Source: Thermodesulfobacteriota bacterium
GTDB lineage: Bacteria; Desulfobacterota; Desulfobacteria; Desulfobacterales; SURF-7
Direction of reading: 5' to 3'
Assembly (NCBI GenBank): GCA_049320885.1
Contig: JBMORA010000024.1
Span: 71,317-135,316, forward strand
Length of the DNA stretch: 64,000 nt
The position numbers were made by a program, and so were the translations under genes. The notes below the pieces were generated by a model. It was not told the origin of the DNA and did no database searches. It worked only from the letters and a program-made list of their open reading frames with translations. Shown here piece after piece: positions 31,015 to 41,368 of the stretch; position 1 is the stretch's first letter, and every line of letters begins with the position of its first letter.

Positions 31015-31491
31015 ATGTACTATGACCATTTTGAAACAGGCGTGATCGGTTGTCTGACCCTGGTGGCCGATGAGGCCGGCCTGCGCCGCATCGATTTCCA
31101 GACGGATGCGAAAAACGCCCCCCGCCGGGAGAACGGGAAGAAGAACCCCGCTTTTTTCGCGGAAGCAAAGGCCCAGCTGAGGGCGTATTTCAAGCGGGAG
31201 AGAAAACGGTTCGACCTTCCCCTTGCGCCGGAAGGCACGGAATTCCAGCTCCGGGTCTGGCGGGCGTTGCAGGCCATCCCTTACGGCGATCTGGCAAGTT
31301 ATCAAGCCATCGCCGCGGCCGCCGGGAACCCCAGGGCCGCCAGGGCCGCGGGCGCCGCCTGCGGGAAAAACCCCATCCCCATCATCATCCCCTGCCATCG
31401 CGTGGTCGGCAGCGACGGTTCCCTCACCGGTTTCGGCGGCGGGCTTGCGGTCAAACAGCGCCTCATCGACCTGGAGCGGACCCGGGTGTAA
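31015..31491 (+). CDS. ogt: Methylated-DNA-protein-cysteine methyltransferase
   Basis: GTEFQ..VW, IPYG and IPCHRV motifs; AAGGAGG RBS. Confidence 0.95.
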   Translation: MYYDHFETGVIGCLTLVADEAGLRRIDFQTDAKNAPRRENGKKNPAFFAEAKAQLRAYFKRERKRFDLPLAPEGTEFQLRVWRALQAIPYGDLASYQAIAAAAGNPRAARAAGAACGKNPIPIIIPCHRVVGSDGSLTGFGGGLAVKQRLIDLERTRV

Positions 31492-31650
31492 CGCCTGGAC
31501 TGCGGATGCGCCCGGACAGGCAATGCCGCCGTCCCTCCCGCCGGAAACCCGGCCTGGGAAAATCCTGGGAAAATCCTTTACAAATCGATAAAAATATTGG
31601 ATTATTCCTTCCCATCCGGTATCAATCCTCATAACCCCACCGAGGCAGGC

Positions 31651-33798
31651 ATGCTGGAAAACCTTCTCAAAAAATATGACCGCGCCGACTTGATTCTGCA
31701 ACAGAAAGCCCGGGTCTTGCTCATCGTCGGCTTGCTGCTGCTGATCATCCTGCCGATCATCATCGGGTACACGGTCCTGTTCACGGAAACAACGGCGCCG
31801 GGCGTTCTTCTGCCGACGGCGATCACCATCGTCGTCATTGCCGGCGCTCTCTGCCTGCTCGTGAAAGGCCATTTCACGATTTGCGGCCACCTAATCCTCA
31901 TCACCGGGTTCATCGCGACATGGTCGGTGATCCTGTTCGATCAGAGCCCCCCGTTGATCCGCCTGGACACCATCGCCTTTGTTTTTGCCGTGCTGAGCCT
32001 GACGCCCCTGGCGACAACCGCAGGGCGCGCCATCATTTTCTATTTCGCGCTGAATTCCCTGATTCTGACCGGTTTCATGGTCTTTTGGGGCCCCCGGATG
32101 GGATTAACCCATGTGGATTTTATCGACTATTGGGCCGACAACCTCACCGCCATGGGGATCATGGGGCTGGCTTCGTGCAGCATTTTTCTGATCAATCACC
32201 GGGCCTTGAAAAAGGCGGAAACCGATATCCAAGAACGCCGCAAGGCGGAGGAAGAAACCGCGGCGACAAAAGCCTTTCTGCAAAGCAGCCTGGCCAGCAT
32301 CCCCAGCGGCATCCTGCTCTTCGACGATAAGGTTCAATTCAATTACATCAATCCGGTGTTTCTCGACTGGATCGGCAAAACCGAAGCCGCTTTTCTGGGC
32401 AAAACCCTGGTGGATGTAGCGGCGGATTATCTGCACCCGGAATCCGCGGCCCGCATCGCCGGGAATATCATCGCCCGGATCCAGAAAGGCGAACGGATCC
32501 TCAACGCCGAAATCGCCCTCATCGATAAAGACGGCAACGAAAAACCGGTTTCCTTTTCCGCGGCGGGCATTATCGACAAACAGGGCCTGATGATCGGCGG
32601 AGTCGCCATTCTGGTGGATCTGACCCTGCAAAAACAGATGGAAATGAAATTGCGGCAATCCCAGAGAATGGAAGCCATCGGCACCATGGCGGGCGGCATC
32701 GCCCACGATTTCAACAATATCCTGTCGGCCATCATGGGAAATGCGGAACTGCTGAGCCTGGACAGCGTCGCCGCCAAAGAGGACAAACAAAAGCTGGACA
32801 ATATCGTCGCCGCCTGCCAGAGGGCCAAGGAACTGATCCGGCATATCCTGCTGGTCAGCCGGGAGATCCGGGCGGAGCATCAGCCGGTCTGCCTCCAGTC
32901 CGTCATCGCCGAAACCATGGAACTGCTGAAAGGCGGCTTCCCCGGCGCCATCCAGCTCCGCCAGGAGCTGACCGCAGCCCCCCTCTGGATCATGGCGGAC
33001 CCTGTCCACATGCATCAAATCGTAATGAACATCTGCACCAACGCCCGCCAATCCATGAGCCGAAACAGGGGCGTTGTGGAGGTCCGTCTTGAAAAACTGG
33101 ATATCCGTCCCGGGGAAATTCCTCCTTTCCCCGAACTGGCCGCCGGCGAGTGGGCTGCCATCCATATTTCCGATACAGGCGACGGCATGCCGCCGGAAGT
33201 GCTGGAGAGGATCTTTGTTCCCTATTATTCCACCAAGCAGAAAGGTCTGGGGACCGGTCTCGGCTTGTCCGTGGTTCACGGCATCATTCAGAGCTATTCC
33301 GGCCTGATAACCGTTCAGAGCAAACCCGGGGAAGGGACCCGGTTTTCCATCTTTCTGCCGCTCACGAAAGCCCCCGGCGAAACCCGCAAACCGGCCGCCA
33401 TGCCGCTGGTATTGGGCGAAAACCAGCGAATCCTGTTCGTGGACGACGAGGAAATGCTGGCGGAACTCGGCAAAGCCATGCTCACCCGGCTGGGATACCG
33501 GGCCGTCACCGCCACCAGTCCGGACAGGGCCCTGGAAATCTTCCGTTCGGAGCCGGAACAGTTTCAGCTGGTCATCACCGACATGACCATGCCGCAGATG
33601 AGCGGCGCCGACCTGGCGCAACAACTGCTGCAGGTGCGGCCGGATATCCCCATCCTGCTGTGCACCGGCTACAGCGAAGTCATCACCAGGGAATCGGCCC
33701 TGGAAATGGGCATCCGGGATTTTCTATTGAAACCCATCCGGGTGGAGGATTTCGCGGCTAAAATCCGGGACGCGTTGCGTTGTAATCCGTCCAATTGA
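31651..33798 (+). CDS. Hybrid sensor histidine kinase (multi-TM, PAS, HisKA, HATPase, REC)
   Basis: AHDFNN, DTGDGM, GTGLGL, FVDDE and ITDMTMP motifs. Confidence 0.95.
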   Translation: MLENLLKKYDRADLILQQKARVLLIVGLLLLIILPIIIGYTVLFTETTAPGVLLPTAITIVVIAGALCLLVKGHFTICGHLILITGFIATWSVILFDQSPPLIRLDTIAFVFAVLSLTPLATTAGRAIIFYFALNSLILTGFMVFWGPRMGLTHVDFIDYWADNLTAMGIMGLASCSIFLINHRALKKAETDIQERRKAEEETAATKAFLQSSLASIPSGILLFDDKVQFNYINPVFLDWIGKTEAAFLGKTLVDVAADYLHPESAARIAGNIIARIQKGERILNAEIALIDKDGNEKPVSFSAAGIIDKQGLMIGGVAILVDLTLQKQMEMKLRQSQRMEAIGTMAGGIAHDFNNILSAIMGNAELLSLDSVAAKEDKQKLDNIVAACQRAKELIRHILLVSREIRAEHQPVCLQSVIAETMELLKGGFPGAIQLRQELTAAPLWIMADPVHMHQIVMNICTNARQSMSRNRGVVEVRLEKLDIRPGEIPPFPELAAGEWAAIHISDTGDGMPPEVLERIFVPYYSTKQKGLGTGLGLSVVHGIIQSYSGLITVQSKPGEGTRFSIFLPLTKAPGETRKPAAMPLVLGENQRILFVDDEEMLAELGKAMLTRLGYRAVTATSPDRALEIFRSEPEQFQLVITDMTMPQMSGADLAQQLLQVRPDIPILLCTGYSEVITRESALEMGIRDFLLKPIRVEDFAAKIRDALRCNPSN

Positions 33799-33828
33799 TC
33801 CAATAGGCAATCATCAACTGTTTCAATC

Positions 33829-34158
33829 GTGGAATGGAATAGGAATCCAGAATATCACGCCAATCCTTCAAATCGCCATGCGCTGTGCCCGGATTACTCT
33901 TCAATAGTGGAAACGGTAAAGCCAATGGACGCAGACCAGTTGCGCCCGGCCCATTTTGGATGCCTGCAGGAAGAAGCACTGGTTACGTCTCCGGATGAAA
34001 TCGCCAATACCTGTCATGTCTGGTTGGAGGTGTATGCCGAAGCCGAAGCAAAAGGATGCCTCGCGGATATCCGCGGCCTCAAGGAGCGACTCATCCAGGA
34101 AGCTGGTGTCGTCTTGCCGGACCTTGAACTATCTGCAAAACCCCAAAATGGGTCATGA
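33829..34158 (+). CDS. Small hypothetical protein (start uncertain)
   Basis: ORF fills an intergenic gap; no recognisable motif. Confidence 0.3.
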   Translation: MEWNRNPEYHANPSNRHALCPDYSSIVETVKPMDADQLRPAHFGCLQEEALVTSPDEIANTCHVWLEVYAEAEAKGCLADIRGLKERLIQEAGVVLPDLELSAKPQNGS

Positions 34159-34401
34159 AGAATTTTTACTTGACTTCCGGAAGGGCATCCGCTATCCGGA
34201 CGGTAGCACCACGGATTCTTTCAAAAAAGGTATCGCGCCATGCGGCATTTTTTTTCGTTGCATTCCATCCTCCTGCCCAACCGTGTGAACGGGTACATCG
34301 TTCTACGCCGTTGCGCCGCCTCGTGTACCGAGCGCGTACGCATAGCCGCAAAGGGGGAGAAGCCGCCTGATTGATACTATATAATACATGCTATCCGGCG
34401 G

Positions 34402-34439
34402 ACCCCTTTCGGCCTCTGCACCGAAAGGGGTTTTTTTTT
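34402..34439 (+). terminator. Intrinsic terminator hairpin in the EamA leader
   Basis: ACCCCTTTCGG-8 nt loop-CCGAAAGGGGT; a T9 run begins at the last stem base. Confidence 0.85.
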
Positions 34440-34475
34440 CGAGACAAGGGTTTTCAATATCTTCCGGGAGAAAAA

Positions 34476-35393
34476 ATGTCACAAGCGGGTTCTGAAAACG
34501 ATAATCTGCCTTTTTGGGCGGCCCTCGGCGCCGCCGGTCTCTGCATCACTTTCGGCGCCAACGCCGTGGCCGTCAAACTCAGCCTGCTGGGCATCGGCGT
34601 CTTCACCTCGGCGGGCATCCGCTTTGTCATCGCGGCCCTTGTCATCGCCGGCTGGGCCCGGGCCACCGGGAGATCCCTGGGATTCCGGAAAGACCAGGCC
34701 TTCCATCTAATTCTGCTTTCCATGAGCTTTGTCGTGCAGATGGCTTTTTTCTATATCGGTCTGCACAAAACCCATGCGTCCCGGGCCACGCTGATTACCA
34801 ACCTGCAGCCGTTTTTCGTTCTGCTGCTGGCCCATTTTTTCATTCCCGGCGACCGCATCACGCCCGGCAAAGCCGCTGGAATCCTGCTGGGATTCGCCGG
34901 CATCGCGGCGTTGTTCACGGACAGACACGCCATCTCCGCCGATCTGCAATTAGGGGATATGGCCACGTTTTTCGCGGTGCTCTGCTGGGCAGCAACCACC
35001 ATCTATATGAAACGAATCCTTCCCGGCTTCCATTCGTTCCATCTGGTGTTGTATCCCATGGTGTTTGCCGGTCCCGTGTTTCTGGCCATCGGGTACGCGC
35101 TGGATCAGCCCATGGTTCACCGGCTGGACACTGTTGTCGTCGCCAGCATGCTGTACCAGAGCGTCGTCACCGCGGCCTTCGGTTTTGTCTGCTGGACCGC
35201 CCTGCTGAAACGCTACGGCGCGGTCGCCATGAACGCCTATATCTTCCTGCTGCCTATAACGGGTGTGCTCCTGAGCGGATTGTTGTTGAAAGAGCCGGTA
35301 GCTTCCCGCGGCGTTCTGACCGCCATGGTCTGCGTGTCCGCCGGCATCCTGCTGGTTCACGCCCGTTTTTCCTTCAGCCGGATGAAAGGATAA
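34476..35393 (+). CDS. DMT/EamA family transporter
   Basis: About 10 TM helices; RF..A and QPFFV.LLAHFF...DRIT pattern. Confidence 0.92.
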   Translation: MSQAGSENDNLPFWAALGAAGLCITFGANAVAVKLSLLGIGVFTSAGIRFVIAALVIAGWARATGRSLGFRKDQAFHLILLSMSFVVQMAFFYIGLHKTHASRATLITNLQPFFVLLLAHFFIPGDRITPGKAAGILLGFAGIAALFTDRHAISADLQLGDMATFFAVLCWAATTIYMKRILPGFHSFHLVLYPMVFAGPVFLAIGYALDQPMVHRLDTVVVASMLYQSVVTAAFGFVCWTALLKRYGAVAMNAYIFLLPITGVLLSGLLLKEPVASRGVLTAMVCVSAGILLVHARFSFSRMKG

Positions 35394-35432
35394 ATCCTGG
35401 CCGCCGCTGCCCGTCCCGGCCGGCGTCTTTCC

Positions 35433-35813
35433 CTATTCGGCCTGCAGGCAGGACTTCAGCGCATAGGCACATTGTTCGTCCTCTGTAAAGTACCCGCCCG
35501 TATTGCCGTTATAGGCAATTTTCTCAACCCGGCCGTCTCTGAGGGTAAAGGTGACCTCGCAGTAACGCCGGACACGATGAAACATCCCGTGGGAATCACC
35601 GCCGCTGCTATAAGTCATAAATTCCATGTTCTCCAATCGTTCGGAACGTACCGGTACGCCGGCGCAGGCCAACAACTCCGCCTTGGTCATACCGATCATG
35701 TCGGATTGGGCTTGTCGAGCGATCTTCGCTCGTTTATGGGCGGCACATCCCATGGTAACGGGCATGAGCGACATAACGACAAGAATAACAACCAGTTTGC
35801 CGGACAGTTGCAT
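35433..35813 (-). CDS. Hypothetical lipoprotein (BamE/OsmE-like)
   Basis: GGAGG RBS; lipobox-like TMGC; IGMTKAELLACAG.P pattern. Confidence 0.75.
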   Translation of the reverse strand: MQLSGKLVVILVVMSLMPVTMGCAAHKRAKIARQAQSDMIGMTKAELLACAGVPVRSERLENMEFMTYSSGGDSHGMFHRVRRYCEVTFTLRDGRVEKIAYNGNTGGYFTEDEQCAYALKSCLQAE

Positions 35814-35954
35814 TTTCCTCCTCCTTCCTTTGAAAGGTTACGAACTATCGGACGCTTCCGGAATGTCTTCTACCATTCTATTTGGTACGGATGCCTTTCT
35901 GTTTCGTAACGATTTGTATCAAATTGTAACGAGAAGGCCGAATTCAAATCATCC

Positions 35955-35984
35955 TTGACACATCTTGCCGCCCTCCCGTATAAT
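35955..35984 (+). promoter_or_regulatory. sigma70 promoter
   Basis: TTGACA-18 bp-TATAAT upstream of 36127. Confidence 0.75.
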
Positions 35985-36126
35985 ATAATTATCAGTACGA
36001 TTATTTTATTTTTTATTTCAATCCATTACCATTCAACCTCCACTAATTTCAACAACAATGAATCCATCACGCGATGGTTCAGACTGATTTCTGTAGTGTC
36101 TTTTTTAGTGCAGGCGAGGAATCCAG

Positions 36127-37266
36127 ATGAACAAAAGAATCTGTTTTTTTCTTGCATGGCCGCTGATCGTTCTCGGAATCCTCTGTTCTGCGGACATCCA
36201 TGCAGCCGATACGGTCAAGATTGCGGCCATTTTTGCCAAGACCGGCCAGGCGGTGGTAGTACCGGGGCTGCGTCCTGAATTTTCCGCGATTCAATTGGCG
36301 GTCACCGAACTGAATACCAGCGGCGGACTTCTCGGTCGTCCCATTGAAGTACTCGAATTCGATAACCAAAGCACCGCCATCGGCTCGAAACAGGCCGCCG
36401 AGGAAGCTGTCAAGGCGGGAGTCATCGCCGTCATCGGCGCCACCTGGAGTTCGCATTCATTGGGCATGGCCCCCGTGCTCCAGGCAAACAGGATCCCCAT
36501 GATCACTCCGGTCTCCACCAATCCCGCCGTCACCATGGTGGGGGACTATATTTTCCGGGTTTGTTTCATTGACGATTTTCAGGGGGAAGTCATGGCCGCC
36601 TTTGCCGTAACGGATTTGCACGCCAAAACAGCGGTGGTGCTCACCAATACGGGGGATAAATACAGCCTCGGCCTGGCCGCTTTTTTCATGGAAAAATTCA
36701 ACAAACTCGGCGGGAAAATTCTCTGGGAAGGCGATTATCTGGCCAGCACCACGGATTTCAGCCCCCAGATTCAAAAAACCAGGGGACTAAAACCGGATAT
36801 CTGTTTCATCCCCGGCTATGTCCGCGATACCGGCTACCTCATCAAGCAGGCAAAGGAAATGGGCGTATCTTCGATATTTTTAAGCGGGGATGCCATGTCC
36901 AACGACATCTATCGCTATGCCCGGGAATATGCGGACGGAACGCTTTTCTCCAGCCATTGGCATCCGGAAAAAGCCGACCAGCGCAGCAGACGGTTCGTTA
37001 CCGCTTACGAAAAGCAGTACGGCCAAATCAGCGACGCCACGCCCGCACTTACCTATGATGCGGTCATGCTCCTTTTCGACGCCGTGAAGCGGGCGAAATC
37101 CCTTGAGCCGTCCCGAATCCGCGAGGCTCTGGCAAAAACCAGGAATTTCAGCGGGATAACCGGAGACATCACGTTTGACGGAAACCGCAACCCCGTCAAT
37201 AAATCCGCCGTTATCCTGAAATTCGAACACGGCGCTTCTGTTTACGTAAAAACGGTCGTCCCCTGA
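36127..37266 (+). CDS. LivJ/K-like type 1 periplasmic binding protein
   Basis: Signal peptide; GGLLGRPIE, YIFRVCFIDDFQG and GITGDITFD motifs. Confidence 0.92.
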   Translation: MNKRICFFLAWPLIVLGILCSADIHAADTVKIAAIFAKTGQAVVVPGLRPEFSAIQLAVTELNTSGGLLGRPIEVLEFDNQSTAIGSKQAAEEAVKAGVIAVIGATWSSHSLGMAPVLQANRIPMITPVSTNPAVTMVGDYIFRVCFIDDFQGEVMAAFAVTDLHAKTAVVLTNTGDKYSLGLAAFFMEKFNKLGGKILWEGDYLASTTDFSPQIQKTRGLKPDICFIPGYVRDTGYLIKQAKEMGVSSIFLSGDAMSNDIYRYAREYADGTLFSSHWHPEKADQRSRRFVTAYEKQYGQISDATPALTYDAVMLLFDAVKRAKSLEPSRIREALAKTRNFSGITGDITFDGNRNPVNKSAVILKFEHGASVYVKTVVP

Positions 37267-37279
37267 CGGGTGCGACAGG

Positions 37280-38431
37280 ATGATGGGAAACGACATGAAC
37301 CGGCACCACCCGCTTTTCGTTGCATGTGTCATCCTGCTGATTCTGTTCCCGCTCCCTGCGGCAGTCCATTCCGCCGGGGCCATCAAGGTGGCAGCTATTT
37401 TCGCCAAGACCGGCGAAGCGGCGACTCCGAACGCCATGTATTTCAACGGCGTCCGCTTCGCGGTGAACGAAATCAACCGTCAGGGCGGACTGCTGGGCCG
37501 CCCCGTGGAACTGATCGAAATCGATAACCGCAGCACGGCTCTCGGTTCCAAAGCCGCGGCGGAACAGGCGGCCAGGGAAGGCGTGACGGCTGTTATCGGC
37601 GGGCCGAGGAGCTCCTATGCCATGGCCATGGCGCCGGTTCTCCAGGCCGCGCGGATTCCCATGATTTCCCCCACCGCCACCATCCCCGAACTCACCCTTT
37701 TGGGAGACTATATTTTCAGGGCCTGCTTCATCGACGATTTCCAGGGCAGGACCATGGCCGGCTTCGCCGTTCGTGATCTCGGCGCCAAGACCGCCGTGGT
37801 TCTGACCAATACCGGTAACCAATACAGCCTGACCCTTGCCGCCGTTTTTATCAAGCATTACGAGGAAGCGGGCGGAAAACTGTTGCTGGAAGGCGAGTAT
37901 CTGGAAGATGTCACCGATTTCCAGAATCTGCTGGCAAAGGCAAACCGTCTCCATCCGGATGTCGTTTTCATCCCCGGGTACGGCAAGGACACCGGGCTGA
38001 TCATGAAAACCGCCAAGGAGATGGGAATCACGTTTCAATACCTGGGAGGCGACGGCTGGGGAGAAGAGCTTTTCTATCAATATGCCGGCGATGCCGCGGA
38101 TGGAAGCTACGCCTGTTCCAACTGGAACAAAAACAACCCTGATCCACTCAACCGCTCGTTCGTGGCGGCTTTTGAAAAAACATACGGCCGGATCATTTCC
38201 TTCAGTGTCCCCCTGGCGTATGATTCCTGCATGCTCCTGGCCGACGCCGTCAAAAGGGCCGATTCCGGCGAACCGCGGCGCATCCGGGATGCCCTGGCCG
38301 CCACCAGGGGATTCCAAGGTCTGACCGGGGATATCACGTTCGACGGGAATCGCAACCCCATCGGCAAATCGGCGGTCATTCTGAAATACGAAAACGGCGC
38401 GGTCGTCTATGTCAAATCGTTCCGGCCGTGA
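37280..38431 (+). CDS. LivJ/K-like binding protein, tandem paralog
   Basis: Same motifs as 36127 (YIFRACFIDDFQG, GLTGDITFDGNRNP). Confidence 0.92.
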   Translation: MMGNDMNRHHPLFVACVILLILFPLPAAVHSAGAIKVAAIFAKTGEAATPNAMYFNGVRFAVNEINRQGGLLGRPVELIEIDNRSTALGSKAAAEQAAREGVTAVIGGPRSSYAMAMAPVLQAARIPMISPTATIPELTLLGDYIFRACFIDDFQGRTMAGFAVRDLGAKTAVVLTNTGNQYSLTLAAVFIKHYEEAGGKLLLEGEYLEDVTDFQNLLAKANRLHPDVVFIPGYGKDTGLIMKTAKEMGITFQYLGGDGWGEELFYQYAGDAADGSYACSNWNKNNPDPLNRSFVAAFEKTYGRIISFSVPLAYDSCMLLADAVKRADSGEPRRIRDALAATRGFQGLTGDITFDGNRNPIGKSAVILKYENGAVVYVKSFRP

Positions 38432-38453
38432 CAGAAAAACGAACATCCCCCAC

Positions 38454-40784
38454 ATGAAAATTTCTCTGCAGCATAAAGTCAACGCGGCCATCCTGACGAC
38501 CTTCCTTCTGATCGCGGTCATCTATATCGCGATCCAGTTTCCTTTCCACAAACACAGCATGAAATCGGTCATCCGGCAAAAAGAGATCCTGCTGCGCTCT
38601 GTTGTGGAGCGGGACCAGGAACATCTTGCCAATGAAATTTTTGAGAGCCGGAAGCGCGCCATTGTCATCCGTCTTCGCCAGATGAGCCAAGTGGAAGGGA
38701 TCCTGTCGATCCGGGTCTATGACCGATCCGGGAAATTCATGGCCGCGGCGGATGCGCAAGCACACCAGGCGGACCTTTCAGCCCATGAGCGCCCCAGGGC
38801 GCCGGAAACCGTGACCATATACCAGGACGATACCGCCGGTGTCAGAACGCTTGTGTATACCCAGACCATTGAGGTCATCCATGAACGCATCGGATTCATC
38901 CGCATTCTTTACTCCCTCGACGAAGTTCAGCAGCAGCGGCGGCTCTCCTACCTGATATTCGGAGGCCTGCTGGCCGCCATTCTCGTCATCATGCTGGTGC
39001 TCCTGAACTGGATCCTGTCCCGGGTGGTCATCCAACCCATCCATACCCTCAGGATGGCCATGCTGAGAATGAAGAGCGGCGCGCTGGGCGATCAGGTGGA
39101 AGTGAAAAGCGGCGATGAAATCGGCGACCTGACCATGACCTTCAACCGCATGTCCGCCGATCTGGCAGGTTCCTATGAACAGATTGAAAATCAAAACCGT
39201 TATCTGAGGGAAAGCGAAAAACTGCTGTCGGACGAAAGCGAACGGCTGGCGCAGATGCGGATTTATCTGAAGAACATCATCGATTCCATGCCCTCCATGC
39301 TGATCTCGGTGAACCAGGAGGGGGTTGTCGTGGAATGGAATGAAGCCGCCTGTCGCGCCACCGGGATTCCCGCAACGGAGGCCGTCGGCCGGGAAATCTG
39401 GCAAGTCTACCCGGTCATGGAAAAATACCGCGACTCCATCCGGGAGGTCTTCAACGACAGGTCTCCCAAGGAATTCCACCGGGAGCCCGCCGGATCGGGG
39501 GATTCCGAGACGTTTCATCATATCACCATCTTCCCGTTAATCGCCAATTGCGTTCAGGGAATCGTCATCCGGGTGGACAACATCACGGAACTCGAAAAAA
39601 AGGAGCAACAACTCCGGCATGCGCAAAAGATGGAAACCATCGGTACTCTCGCCGGCGGACTGGCTCACGACTTCAACAATATTCTCGGCGGAATCACCGG
39701 TTCGCTGTCCCTTATTCACTTCAGGCTTTCACAGCAAGCCGATGTCGAAAAGGAGTTTCTGACGAAACACATCGGTCTCATGGGCGCCGCCTGCAGGCGC
39801 GCATCAGAGCTCGTCAATCAGCTCCTGTCCATTGCCCGCAAGCAGGAAATGAACTTTGAACCGGTTGACCTGAACGCCACCATCGATCATGTGATGAAAA
39901 TCTGCGCCAATTCATTGGATAAATGCATTGAACTGGATGGTCGGCCTTATCCGGGAAAGGCCATGATCCATGCCAGCCCCACCCAGACGGAGCAGGTTCT
40001 GCTGAATCTCTGCGTCAATGCCGCCCATGCCATGACCACCATGCGCAAGCCCGGTGAGCGCCAGGGCGGGAAACTGACGGTGGCCATCGAAGCGATTTAC
40101 GCCGATGACAAATTCCGCGTCACCCATCCCGAAGCCAAACCGATTCGGTACTGGGTGCTGTCCGTGCAAGACACCGGTGTGGGCATGGATACCAAGACCG
40201 TTGCCAAGATATTCGATCCTTTTTTCACCACCAAGGAAAAGGAAAAGGGGACCGGTCTCGGACTGGCCATGGTGTACAACATCGTCCATCAGATCGGCGG
40301 GTTCATCGACGTATATACCGAAGTCGGTCTTGGTTCCACCTTCAACGTATACATTCCCGAACTGGAAGAAGCCCGCATGGGCGGGAAAGCCCGACCGGAG
40401 GTGGAAATGGTTGCCGGACAAGGACTTGTCCTGATTGTGGACGATGAGGAAATGATTCGGAATACGGCCGGAGAAATGCTCGAAATATGCGGTTACTCCG
40501 TTATCCTGGCAGCCGACGGTGAAGAGGCGCTGACCATTTTCCGGAAGCGTCATCAGGAGATCTCCGTGATCCTGCTGGACATGATCATGCCGAAGAAATC
40601 CGGCAAGGAGACCTACCTGGAAATGAAAAAAATAACCCCGGATCTCAAGGTGCTCTTTTCTTCCGGCTTCAAACAGGATGAGCGGGTCGAGGAAGTGCTG
40701 CGGCTGGGAGTCCAGGGGTTTGTCCAGAAACCTTACTCCCTGCAGGTCCTGTCCGGCGCGATTCACCGGGTCATCCATTCGTGA
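38454..40784 (+). CDS. Hybrid sensor histidine kinase (periplasmic, HAMP, PAS, HisKA, HATPase, REC)
   Basis: DEIGDL..TFNRM HAMP; AHDFNN, GTGLGL and LLDMIMP motifs. Confidence 0.95.
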   Translation: MKISLQHKVNAAILTTFLLIAVIYIAIQFPFHKHSMKSVIRQKEILLRSVVERDQEHLANEIFESRKRAIVIRLRQMSQVEGILSIRVYDRSGKFMAAADAQAHQADLSAHERPRAPETVTIYQDDTAGVRTLVYTQTIEVIHERIGFIRILYSLDEVQQQRRLSYLIFGGLLAAILVIMLVLLNWILSRVVIQPIHTLRMAMLRMKSGALGDQVEVKSGDEIGDLTMTFNRMSADLAGSYEQIENQNRYLRESEKLLSDESERLAQMRIYLKNIIDSMPSMLISVNQEGVVVEWNEAACRATGIPATEAVGREIWQVYPVMEKYRDSIREVFNDRSPKEFHREPAGSGDSETFHHITIFPLIANCVQGIVIRVDNITELEKKEQQLRHAQKMETIGTLAGGLAHDFNNILGGITGSLSLIHFRLSQQADVEKEFLTKHIGLMGAACRRASELVNQLLSIARKQEMNFEPVDLNATIDHVMKICANSLDKCIELDGRPYPGKAMIHASPTQTEQVLLNLCVNAAHAMTTMRKPGERQGGKLTVAIEAIYADDKFRVTHPEAKPIRYWVLSVQDTGVGMDTKTVAKIFDPFFTTKEKEKGTGLGLAMVYNIVHQIGGFIDVYTEVGLGSTFNVYIPELEEARMGGKARPEVEMVAGQGLVLIVDDEEMIRNTAGEMLEICGYSVILAADGEEALTIFRKRHQEISVILLDMIMPKKSGKETYLEMKKITPDLKVLFSSGFKQDERVEEVLRLGVQGFVQKPYSLQVLSGAIHRVIHS

Positions 40785-40792
40785 ATGAACGC

Positions 40793-41368
40793 TTACCACT
40801 CGGAGGGCGGCAGGGGTTTCCAGGGATAGGGATCTTCCGAAACTGCGTCCCAGTAAAGTTCCCCGGAATTTCGCCAGGGATCCAGAACCAGCCCCTGATG
40901 GAAACCCGCGCCCCTGGCGGCAATCACCACGGTATTGTGCTCGAACAGGTCACTGCCCCGGTGGGCGACACCCCAGTGAAGCTCCAGGGTCTGGAGCTGG
41001 AGGGCTGACAGCCGTTTCATCAGGTCTTCGGTCCATTGGTAGCAGAGCCCCCGTTCCTTCAGCCCCATTTGAATGAGCAGGTTGTGGAACCGCGCCGGCC
41101 GCACCAGCCGATACTGCTCGGCCAGGATGGCCGACTCCCGGATGGCGGTTTCCGCGGCGAGTCCGGCTTCGGCTTCATCCACGCTTTCCTGCAGGGATAG
41201 GAGCCGCTGTTTCAAACGCGCTACATTTTCCCGGTACCATTTCTCCCGGGACGCATCCTCCGGCTTCTCCGCGCCAGGAGACGCCGAATTCGGGTAATAA
41301 ACACCGGTGGCGGCGCAACCTGCGAGCAACAGCCCCAATAACACCCCCAAGACCGGAAATGGTTTCAT
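40793..41368 (-). CDS. Lipoprotein with putative Cys-His-Asp triad
   Basis: LAGC lipobox; GLCYQW, EHNTVV and VLDPW motifs. Confidence 0.8.
   Translation of the reverse strand: MKPFPVLGVLLGLLLAGCAATGVYYPNSASPGAEKPEDASREKWYRENVARLKQRLLSLQESVDEAEAGLAAETAIRESAILAEQYRLVRPARFHNLLIQMGLKERGLCYQWTEDLMKRLSALQLQTLELHWGVAHRGSDLFEHNTVVIAARGAGFHQGLVLDPWRNSGELYWDAVSEDPYPWKPLPPSEW

Noticed and set aside
17239..33624. Long minus-strand ORFs (17239-19053, 21372-23279, 28931-30838, 32104-33624)
   Set aside because: Antisense to well-supported genes; expected from GC-rich codon bias and carry no motifs.
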